Shown: positions 52,735 through 64,000 of the stretch, piece after piece
How positions within the stretch are numbered: the first letter of the stretch is position 1
Layout of the letters: every line of letters begins with the position of its first letter
NCBI GenBank assembly: GCA_964658305.1
Contig: OZ210884.1
Span: forward strand, 6,448,001 to 6,512,000
Source of the DNA: Leptogorgia sarmentosa
Taxonomy: Eukaryota
DNA length: 64,000 bases
Direction of reading: 5' to 3'
The notes under the pieces: model-generated
The model's input: the letters and a program-made list of their open reading frames with translations, nothing else
The model's database searches: none
What the model was told of the DNA's origin: nothing
Made by a program: the position numbers and the translations under genes

Positions 52735-55324
52735 CTTCCGCCTAAATATAAGGGAAAGCGAACACGGTTTGAAGGTGGTTATCATTTTATAGTTTAATTC
52801 TAATTCATAACACACTGAAATTTTATAGCCACGTACACCAGGCTTATAACAACACTGGTTCATTGGAGCCACTGGAGGATATCACCAATACAAACTACCA
52901 ACGAAGGACATTTGCTAGAAACGTCGAATTCTGTTTACCATTTGAATTATAGTGTTTTTTATATTCCTCCCACAAAAAGAAGTGCTTGTAAAAAGAAACC
53001 GCAAAACTACTATTATCAAACCACTAAGAAATTCTTAAAAGAGTTGTTTTGGCACTGCGGTAAAACGCGAATTTATGGCTTGTGGCAAATTAGCCTGCGA
53101 TAATTGTTAATAGCTCGGAAATATTTGAAACAAACTTACATTGAATGCATTCTTTGTTCAAAGATATTTACTTTCCAACGATGTAAAATAGAAGCACTCC
53201 GCTATATTTTTTGTAAATAAGGAGCCATATTTCATTAAATAAATATAATAGTGTACCTTTACCGTCATTTCTAAAAATTATTCCCTCATGCACATCTCAT
53301 GATCATGCACTGTTTGATTTGACGAAATCTGATCGATTATAATTAATTTTTACAAAGCCATTTCTAGATCTGTCCAAACAAAGTAGCACAAAACCCAACG
53401 GTATAACAATGGAAGCAAACAGAAATATTTTGTACTGTATAAAGATTCCAATATAATATCAACTTATTCAGTTTCCAACACGGATTATTTTCATGAAAAT
53501 AGCATTTTTAGAACTTACATATTCAGGTTATTATGTTACACTATATAGAAAAGTTGATGCGTTGATGACGCGCGTGATTGCGGAATCTGATTTCATGCAA
53601 TCATAATTTACAACAATAAATATCGACGTGACATACGCCAGAATAAGATTAACAAAGATATCTAATGCATCATAAGACTTTGGAAAAATGTCATTGTCAT
53701 GCAAATTTGAAAAGATTAGAAGATATAGATATTAAAAAGTCTATCCACATTATTGTTCAGTTGGATCACTGACACACGGTCAGATTTGTGCACGACAAAA
53801 ATGTTCATGATCACTGTATTATACGTAGCTACGCTGTTTAACAGAAAATATTTGACATACTAGATCCCCAGCAGTTATGAAATTTGCCTCAGGGATTTAA
53901 TATATAGCGGCCGTAACTCAATAGATAGTCTTCAAAAATAAAAAATGTATGATATAAGACGAAGCGTGACTGCTAATCCCTTTTACATTCAGTACAGGCC
54001 GAGATCTTCTTTGACAAATTTCTGTGTTGAATATGCATTCGACATTGTCATTGTGCGGTTTATATAATTGAAGTGCATTGATTTATCATGCGGAACCCAT
54101 TAAACTATATTATACAAAGACAGTATAAATGTTGATATATTTAAGCTATATTTAAGCGTTTGTATGAAATGACGGGCTTATGAAACTGTATTGACCTCAT
54201 TGATCTCCTAAATACTTATAAAAAATGTTAAGTACCATGTAGCTACTGTATTAATGTTATAGTATCTAATAAAGCAAGAATTACTGGCAGGTGTTTACCT
54301 GTTGTTGATATCTATACTTCAAATCTGAATTGTAATATGGCTGCACCCTGCATGTTATTTACCAATACATGCATGGATATACTATATATTATAACTTGTT
54401 ATATTAAGTTTCTTCATTATACTTATAAACAAGCATGCTAACATAACTGTGGTTGACAATCAAATGTTTGACTTACCGAGCAGTTGGCTTCAGCGTGGTA
54501 TCCAAAGGCATCTGGTTTGTAAAGAATTAAAATGTTCCAGTGCGTGCCATTTAAAAGGCAAGAAATTTGTGGTTAATTTATTCATCTACAATGCAAGACA
54601 ATCATAAGCGCAACTTAATTGACTTTGTTTTTACAAGCAGGGGAGAAGATGCCATGCTGTGCCAACACGTCCGTTAGGTTTTATAATTTGCGAAACCTTT
54701 TCCAAAAATGTTCGCAGAAACTACACAACCAGTTCTAAATTGTCAAAGAAATCTGTGACCAAGAGTTTGGTTATTTTCAAAACGCCTAATATACGCCAGT
54801 CTACATATGAAGATAGTCTTCGTTCGTGTTCATTGCGTGCCAAATTACAAGCACATTAGTGAATATTAATTAGCACCCCGGATTGCTTTAGCGCAATAGT
54901 TTCATTGTGTCCTTTTAAAATGCATTGCAATCATATTTGTATATTATCGAGACGCTGTTTGATATATGTATATACAATAGATATTAAGTTAATTAAGCTG
55001 ATACCTGTTTTATATATTTATAAATATTTTCTGATTGAGAGTTTGGATCATTCGAGAGTTCCATGCATGAAACTCGTCTCATATGTAGAATTTCATCTCA
55101 ACCAATTTCATAACCAAACACTGGGAACGAGTTTAATTTGTAGCAGTTCACGTTACGTTATTGACGAGGCTTATATGAATACTGTGTTAAACCTTTGATT
55201 TAAAATTAAATATTATTATAAATTCTAATTTGATTGTCGTGCATGCATTGTGTACTCGCCATCTATTCCTCGATAGACAGCGAGTAGCAAAACATGAAGA
55301 AAAATGTTTTCATGTTTGATCTCT

Positions 55325-55452
55325 GATTCTACTAAAACAATTAGATTACTCGCTCTGGAATTCTCCGAGATAATAGTTGATTCATGCAGGCTTAATTCGC
55401 TCTCATCACCTATCACCTCATAGAAATCTCGAGCTCGTAATCTGATTGTTAA
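55325..55452. repeat. Partial copy of the 371-667 palindromic element, opposite orientation
   Basis: atcacctcatagaaatctcgagctcgtaatct is the exact reverse complement of agattacgagctcgagatttctatgaggtgat at 380-411. Confidence 0.7.
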
Positions 55453-55802
55453 CTAGTTTTTCAGCCTATTTTCAGTTTTGTGTTTTCAGCAGTAGTAAAG
55501 GAATAAAAAGAAATGGTTTTTCGTGCAGGATAGCGGCGTTCACACACGCGAGGTATATAGCAAGAGACCACACGGAAGAACATTTGGCACTGAATTGTTT
55601 TATAAAATAACTATAATTGTGAAACAATGGAAAACAATTCTCACAAACATCGTTTGTTTTGGTTTTTGACAAAAGTTTTCTTCAAAACTATATTATAGTG
55701 TTAGAAGCGTGCTTCTAATTAAGGCGTAATAAAGTGGCGATGCCCAATAAAACAAACATGTTCGTTCAATTTTTCTTTGTAAAATTGTTAAAACAACAGA
55801 TT

Positions 55803-55916
55803 TGTCATTATTTACAACTTCGTTTACGTATTGTGTAACTGAATAATTAATATGTTAGTGTCATTATTTACAACTTCGTTTACGTATTGTGTAACTGAAT
55901 AATTAATATGTTAGTG
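55803..55916. repeat. Perfect 56-bp direct tandem duplication
   Basis: tgtcattatttacaacttcgtttacgtattgtgtaactgaataattaatatgttag occurs twice in a row. Confidence 0.9.
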
Positions 55917-56774
55917 CATACAACCTTAGACACCCAAGTTGTACAACTACTCTAGTTTCAAAATCAATTCTCGAGAGTTCTCTCTTGAGGAATGTCACTC
56001 CTTTAACTATTGAATCGTTGAAATACACAGCCTGTAGCTACATTAAAGATTGTTGCTGTGTCCTATAAAAAGGACAGTTTGGAATTTTCAGAAGGTTTTT
56101 TAAGAGATATAGGTATAACTCCGTAAGGGCATGGCACTTACAACAGAATTTGCTAGTTTTATCAAAGCTATGTCGAACCTGCAAGGTTGGAAATGGAACC
56201 ACTCATTTTCTGCTTAAGAATGCTATTAGGGAATGGTTCAGATGGAAGAAATTATGACAAACATGCCTTGCAAAAAAAGATTGGACCTTTAACCAAATAA
56301 CTAAATTTTGAAAAACTTTGAAATAGGGAAATCTGTCGCCAAAGCTTGAAGGTTAAAAAGTCCATTAATCTATTATACTCTGTTCAAAATTACAACTATC
56401 TCAGTTTATCGATGACGATTGTTATACTATACACGCACGCCTGCATGATTGAAGTACGGTTGTTGTTTATCCCTTGTGAATTATTTTGGCACACCGTGAA
56501 TCCAACTTTAGTTACTATACTTCGAAATTTGTACTGTATATCCTACATCAATTAGTATACTTACCCCGAAAATAATACACAGCTTTTACAAAAAATCATC
56601 ATTTCTACCCGAGTGTTTGCAGTGAGAATTCTATCACCGAAATTAAAGGGGCGTTACGAGAGAGGAGACGGCAAGTCCCCTCCCCGAGTTATTTTTCTGA
56701 ACAACTTTGACATTATGTTGTTGGCAAGGTAATAACATAACTACTCCCGCCCCCTCACAACAACCGCAGCTTCG

Positions 56775-59700
56775 CTACGTTCCTGAGTTTATCTTACCTA
56801 AAACGGCACCTTTGTGGTAATTATTGTCCGTGATTTCTAAATTCCACACCATGTCAATGACACCATCACCGTTTAGTTCCACAAATCTTGCACCTGAGTT
56901 TTTACCACCAACGTTCGCGATACTATGAGGCGGGATAAACGAATCACCCAACTTCCAACCACATCCAGTGTTTATAGCAGCTCCCTTGTGCGTTTGACCG
57001 TTGAAAAACACGTGCCAAACCATATCGTTTAAACCATCGCCATTAACATCAACAAATTTAGTTCCCAAGTCACCAACGTGATCAGCCGATATTTGGAAAG
57101 GTGGAATGTACTCAGGCGTCCATACCCACTGATATCCGTTGTTCATATACGCACCTTTTTGACCCACCTTCCAATGCGAAAAAAGTATGGTATTACTTGA
57201 TGAAAGTAAAAGCGTTTCCGCAGGCCGGGGGAGGATAAAAGTTGGAGTAAAGGCTGCTTTTCAGTTACGCGTTTTCACACGTAGCTACGTGTACGCACGT
57301 AAAAGTCTAAATCCCTCTGTATTTCATTTTATTAATAAAATACCTCTATAAACACATACTACATCATTCAATGTATGAGATGCTTTAAATTTATTCATGT
57401 GATTGTATAGAAACGTTAAAATCAATTTCAATTTTCACGTGCGTACACGTACGTAAAAGAACGCGTAACTGGAAAGCAACCTTAAGGGTTGACCGTTATC
57501 GCCATGCAGAAACGTGGGCTTTCAGGAGAGTCCGAGGACATGCTCTGACGACGACGAAGGAAACGAGAACGCGATAGCAGAGATGACAAGTAAAAATGTC
57601 TGCCTTTAAATTGCAAGGGGAAAATACACCCTGGGGGAAATAGCATACGTAAGTAAACTCGAAAGCGAGGCTCAATCGCCAAATCTTATTATTAACAATT
57701 TGGATTTCCGGTCAAAAATAACAAAAATGCATAAACAAAGATGGATGAATTTAAATTTTGTCAAATTTTATAAGATACTACAGTGCCGTTGCTAACTGGA
57801 GATAGAGTAATTGATGCTTTGTAATAAGGCTTACCAATTCAGCCTCGCTTTAATGTTACCGAAATGTGCTTTCCGAAAGGAAATGAAATTACAATTTCAA
57901 CATTTTCATTCTACCACTGATGAGAAATACCTTATTATTAATCCATCTATGATACACAAAGTCCACTCGACCATCGCCATTCAGATCCACAAATCTTGCC
58001 CCCATGTCAGTAATACAACCGGAGGTAATATGAAATGGCGGTGTGAACTCAGGAGACTGGACCCATTTTAAACCATCACTGATATATGCGCCCTTTTCGG
58101 CGGGCTTTCCATTGAGCCAACGATGATATACAAAGTCTGTACGTCCATCTCCATTAAGATCTACAAATCTAGCACTTGAGTCACTCAATTCATCATCTGC
58201 TATGGGATATGGGGGTGTAAATTGTGGGGCCACTTTCCAACCATTTCCTGTGAAAATTAAAAGAAGTGATTGCGAATACATTTAATGAAGACTGCGGCAC
58301 TGTATAGGACCATGTTTTGTGCTGCAAACGTACTACGTGATAAATTGATATTTATTTTACGGTTACCAATGAGTAATTTTATGAAATACAAAACAATTGG
58401 CACACCGAAAAAGGTTTTCATTTTCAAGGACCGTCATCAGGAACGACTGCAAGTTAGTCGAAACGTCGAATCAAAATAGTTTCTAGTGGCCAGGTACAGT
58501 ATTTTCAAGGGAAAATTATAACGGAAGCATTTTTAAAACATATTTTTTTTAATCAAGGGTTTTTCGTGGCTATAGGGTGCTCACTAAATAATTATCAAAT
58601 TCTAATATCATTAAAAATTACTTGGTGCACATAAAATGTTCACTTTTGGCGTTATTGTTTTGTTTTGCATTGGTAGCTATGAAAATTCTTGCTTAATGGT
58701 CTGGTATAAATATGCTGTGTACCTGTATTGATATATGCACCCTTTTGTTGACGGCCTCCACTGAGACGTCGATGATAAATAAAGTCTATTTTTCCATCGC
58801 CATTAAGCTCAGTAAACCTTGCTCCTACGTCTCCATGATTATCATGAGCAATGTGAAACGGTGGTGTGTACTCAGGTATCGACCTCCATCCTTCGCCTGT
58901 GTTTAAATAAGCTCCCTTTTGAACGATGTCAGAATTTATCTGACGATGATGCACGAAGTCTATTTTGCCATCCCCATTCAAATCAATAAAACGGGCACCT
59001 ATAAAAATAAAATATTCCAATTAGTCAATGGAAGTAATTTAACCATGCCCAACAAAAGGGGGTACTACGCCCAAATCCAAAAAGCGTTGGTAAAAATACT
59101 TTGTCAAATTGCCTTCTCGTATGGCCATGAGAAAAGCAAAATGGTAATATTATATTCTGATAGCACAACGAATCAGCTTCTGAGACGTCTTTGCGATCGA
59201 ATCTGAATCGGGAGTTTGTTTCTGTTTCTATTAGTAGCATAATCAAATCCGTGTACCTAGATCCTTGCCGGTACTATCAGCAATGGGAAATGGTGGTTCA
59301 AAATTTGCAGCCGTTACAAACGTTTGCGTGTCACGATCGTTCATATACGCTCCTTTATAAACCTGGTTTGGGGTCCGTAGATGATAAACGAAGTCCATAC
59401 GGCCATCTCCGTTGAGATCGACAAATCGTGATCCCTGATCTCCAGTCCTGTTGGAGTAAATAGGATATGGAGGAATATATCCTGTAGCATCTGTCCAATT
59501 ATCTGAAAAAAATCAGTCACTTCTAGCATTAGTAGAACAACAGACGTCCCCAGGGTAGGTTGAACGACAGCTGAGGTGAAGAAATTACAAATCCCTCAAA
59601 ATTGTAAACGATACTTCGACGTATGGAGCAAAAATAAACCTACAAAGCCACAAGAAACGTACGCAATTTTGGTTTATCTTAGTGGAAGAAAGTGTTGCTA

Positions 59701-62700
59701 GAACTGGAGCGGATAACATCGTTTCAAAGAAAAGACATTTGAAAGGTCAGGTAGAAGCTTCCAGAGCTCCTGTCGTACATGCAGAAATTACATAAAATAT
59801 TGCCACGAAAAAATTATCTAGTTTCAAAAATCTCCACATTTAGAAAGCTCTACAATTTTCTCTTTACTTTACAATACTGATAATGGAATGAGAATTACTT
59901 ACTCTGACAAAATATCTGGTTTTCTCCACAGCTACAGGAGCACTTCTTGGTAATAGTGTCAAGGTGAGGTTTGCCAGTCAAACACTCTAAATCATCAAAC
60001 AAAAATAAAAAGTTATTCTTGAGATATACTTTGTCATCCTTGCATAAAAAACCACTGATGCTTTTAACTTGCTTTAGTTTTTAAGCTAAGTAAAGTTCGC
60101 AGCCAAATTTTAAATGACTGGAGAGACAGCCCCGAGAGACAAAATGGTGGTGCCAGTTGTACATAATAAAAGTGAAGAATTTACCTTTCCAAGGGCATAA
60201 AGTCATTCCTGGTATTTCGGAACACGAAGGTCTGTTTTGGTTTACTGCTGATCTGAACGCATTTCTTTGCATTGATACGATGCCATTTACATTATCGCAG
60301 TAAATTCGTGACATACTAGTATTTTTAATCTCCTGAACTTGTGATGGAGTGAAGACATCCTTGTTTTCGTAAAAGAATCGGTCGCCATCTCTTGTACGCT
60401 TAAACTGTTCGCCCACAACACAACGTAATATCGGACCCACAGCAGCTCCTTCGACAGGGGTTTCAGCAATACCAGCTAGCCATAATTCAACTAAATCGGG
60501 GTTGTCATTGTATAATTCTTTCAGGATTCGCCTATTTTCCGGATCCTGTATTTCCGTTAAAGTGTCTGCAAATGATACTGCCGCTGGAAAACCACAAAAT
60601 TCCCTGTACGCGTTATAGCCTGGTAGACCATGGTCACGTGACCGTTGTAGGTTCAGCGCAGCAAGATTTTCCCCATGTTTGTTTCCACGTTGAAATAAGT
60701 GCTCTGTGATCTCTTTTGTGAGATGTACATCAACTCGTTCAGAAATATTACCAACAAGTCCTAACAGTAATGGCTCGACGCCATAAGTATTCACAGTGGT
60801 ACTGTTGAAGAATAAAAATCGGAGTTTCAAAGCTGGAGCTATTGGATCGAAGTTAGCGTTCAATAAATCAAACTTTGATCTAATCATACTGTGCCCTAGT
60901 CTGTACGCAAGAGTAAATGCATTGATTATGCCTGGATTGACATCTTCGTTGTGGCCAGTATAAGCTGGTAAAGCGTCTGTTCCAAGAAGAATTGGCAGGT
61001 AGTCTTCATAGACAATCTTTTGCATCACACCTCCAACTATCTTTCTGGTTTCCTGAAAGATTTTTTCTCCATCCCAGTGCTTGTTTAACATCTTTAGTGC
61101 TTTGGCAATGCGATTGTGCTCGCGAAGAAAGAGAGTGTGGAAGGCTGTAAGGCCTTGTTGATCATTCGCTCGGATATCACCTCCAACGAAACAAGTTTGC
61201 ACGCATGAAGATGCTCTGCAGCTTGTGTCAAGTGGTAAAAAATCCCCTTTCGACGTTCGCAAAAGTCCTTCATCATCTGAAACAGATCATTTTTATGCTA
61301 TAGTTCTTTTCTATTATTTTTCCCTAAAGATCAGGAAGTTGAACAGAGGAAAAAAATTGCCGCGTAATGAAATATGCTCTAAAAACTTCAATTCAGGAAA
61401 ACAGGTTAAGGCGTTCGTAATTCGTGAAAGTGTTGTTGATTAAACAAACAATATCCTTGGGGAGGGAACTTTAGATTCACGACGGGTACGAACTCTTGTA
61501 CAATGTGGTCATAATTCTAACAAAAACATCCTACCTGATGACTGATAAACAACACCATTATCCACTAAATATTGTCCAGTCCACCCAGTTGTGACGTAGG
61601 ACGCTCCACGAAGGAGTTTCCAACTCGTGCCAAAAACATTTTGCGCTGATACACCCAGACGCATGTGTAAATTTCCGTGAGAGTTAATAGCATACACATC
61701 ACCGATTGCTCCAACTTCAACTTGTTTCATCCGTCCATCAATCGATATCATACTGGCGCCTGCGCAACTGTCCTGGAGAACTCCTTCGATATAATAAACA
61801 TGTCCTGTGCTATCTACACCCCAGCATCCCAAAGCTCCACAGCTGACATAACTCAAACGGGCATCAATTTTCACCCATTTTTTGCCCACGCGATTGGAGT
61901 TAATTACTCCACTGCGTTGGTAAACTTCATTGCTCTCCGTCACTCCCAGAACAATTCCCACTGGACCAGAATCAATTTGTTTGAGTTTAAGACCTGGAAC
62001 ATGTTTCCAATTTGCTGAACGGTAATAATAATGATAAACATCGTTGCTTCCATCCACAGCCCAAACTCCTGAAATAAATAATGTTTAAAATGTTACTTCT
62101 ATTTGCCATAATATTGCTCCACAGCTTGTTCCAAGTCTTTCAAAGACTGGCTGCAATTAATAACCAAAGAGAATATTTTTTTCAATAAGAAAGGATGCGG
62201 GAAAAGAGATTACTAATCAATTTGTGGTTACATGAAATGTTGAAATCCCTTTTTTATTTCTTAATTTTTTTCTTTACAAATAATTCAAGTTCTCATAATA
62301 AAATATTACCTGATTCACCAGCGGTAACATGTTTCATTTTCCCTTCAATCTTTTCCCATGTTTTATCAGGTTTTAAACGGAATACATTTTCATTATCATT
62401 AACTGCCCACACCTCGTTTGTCAATCCTGTGTCGATTTGTTTCATGGAACCTTCGATTGATGTCCAAACCTCTAAAAATAACGAAAAAGATTTATCATTT
62501 GACAGATTCCTTCACCGCGGTGATATCCTAACCTCGAAATTTAGTTTACTCGAGTTCTCGCTATCTGCACGTAATTAATATTATTGTAATGACATCGCCT
62601 TGTATCTATCGCTATTTGATTGCATCTTTTCAGTATTCCATGTAAATAGTTCTAATATCATGTACGTACGCCGTTAGATATTTATTTTAGCAATTGTGAT

Positions 62701-64000
62701 ACTTAAAAGTCCAATAGGATTTCCAAAGGTCCCTAGCCCATTATTACTTTGTAAATAATGCAAATAATTTTGTCATTTTTATCTTTTCGTGGGTAAGTAA
62801 ACCTTCAAACTTCAAACTCGTAAATACTTTTAATTGAACCTTGGTCTTCTCTGTCCACATGCGTCACATACGATTGTTCAAAGCTCAAGTCTATTTAGCA
62901 TAAACGCTACATATGGGAATTTCATGGGTACGAAATGCATATTCTATGATTCCATGCGGTATACGTAATCACGTGGAAGAAAGAAACGTTTGGGCTTACA
63001 TGCAGCTTACACGGAAATCCTATTTTTTTTTAACAACCATGGAAAAATCATGCCTTACTTCTCTTATCTCTTAGACTGTCTGCTGTTTTGCTTGCTGATC
63101 CATAAATATTAGATGCGTCAATTACTGAGGTAACAATATTGATTTGTTGTCTTTCTTCAGGGTACCCATCTTGATGACACATTGCCGTTGACCTGATCAG
63201 TGGTATGCAGGGTGGTTGTTTGTTTTCAAGGGGAAGAATTGGATAACACGGAGCGTCGTAATCAGTTTCAGATCCATCACAGCTGCATGACAGAACAATG
63301 AAAGGTTATTAAACTGAACAAGAAACAACGTAGTTCTATACATGGATGGATACAAAGGCGTAGTGATCTGGAAGATATACCTAGACATCCACAACTATTT
63401 TTTAATGATAAATGTAATGAAACTATATAAGAACATCGACAAACAAGCGTAGAAGTTGAAGGTGAGTGCATGGCTAAAATGTTTCTAGTGCACTTTTAGT
63501 TTTTCCACAGCACAGATTGAAACACCAGCTGCTTTTGCATGAGCTCGTTAGATAATAACTAACGTTCATTGGGTTTACGTAACGTGAGAGCTGAACTAAA
63601 GATTGCACACTCTATACAGCCCCTTTGCACAAAGAGATATATCTGATTGCACCCTGAAAAAAGTGCAGTCTCGGTCGTATTCAAAAAGTATTCAAAGAGC
63701 GCCAATTTGTTTTAATACTGGATGCCTGCACCAGTTAAACATAATAATAGTGGTGGAAATGTACTTGACTTTCTTATTTCTAAACAGAATTACCTTCTTC
63801 TTAAACATGCGTCCCTTCCAGATTCCTCTGCAGAAAATGTTAAGTCGTGGTCGAGGAATTGACCAAACTGCATCATGAGTGGAGTGAGATCTGGATCGGC
63901 CGATGAAGCGACCTCGTCTTTGATAAAATATTTGGTAACGTTGAAAGGCGAAGGTAGTGAGGGAGCATTGATTTGATTAGGAAAGTTAACTGGATCGTTC
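56775..64000 (-). CDS. Mosaic heme peroxidase, copy 2 (5' part beyond the window end). Exons >64000-63794, 63282-63059, 62471-62310, 62068-61535, 61276-60185, 59986-59903, 59502-59257, 58998-58723, 58247-57931, 57167-56775
   Basis: Near-identical to copy 1 in exons and introns. Exon lengths and splice sites are the same, and no frameshift or stop was seen in the visible exons. Confidence 0.88.

Larger units (their letters stand above)
42540..64000. repeat. Tandem segmental duplication with a period of ~14.0 kb
   Basis: Similarity starts at atttctacccgagtgtttgcagtgag (42540 and 56601) and continues to the window end; 56601-64000 matches 42540-50364. Confidence 0.93.

Noticed and set aside
60081..60184. 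Longer C-terminus of the copy 2 peroxidase ORF (393 vs 369 aa)
   Set aside because: The difference lies in intron sequence beyond the donor at 60184 and is not coding.

Overview
Eukaryotic, AT-rich, intron-containing animal genomic DNA. It is most likely cnidarian/anthozoan, inferred from gene content and repeat style and not proven. Gene models were built by hand from GT-AG splice sites and frame continuity. From left to right the window holds: (1) the 5' part of a secreted multi-ShKT-domain gene (minus strand); (2) four type-I transmembrane mucin-like genes with a largely shared exon plan, three carrying SEA domains and one a giant Ser/Met-rich mucin with three SEA domains; (3) an intronless multi-pass membrane protein gene; (4) a ~14-kb tandem duplication of a 13-coding-exon gene for a mosaic secreted animal heme peroxidase. 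The peroxidase reads: signal peptide, cadherin-like domain, peroxidase N-part, a tectonin (lectin-type) beta-propeller INSERTED inside the catalytic domain on two phase-1 exons, peroxidase C-part, Cys linker, and seven FG-GAP/VCBS-like repeats. The two copies differ much more in the lectin insert than in the catalytic exon. Introns and intergenic DNA contain many MITE-like elements and one tRNA-derived SINE.
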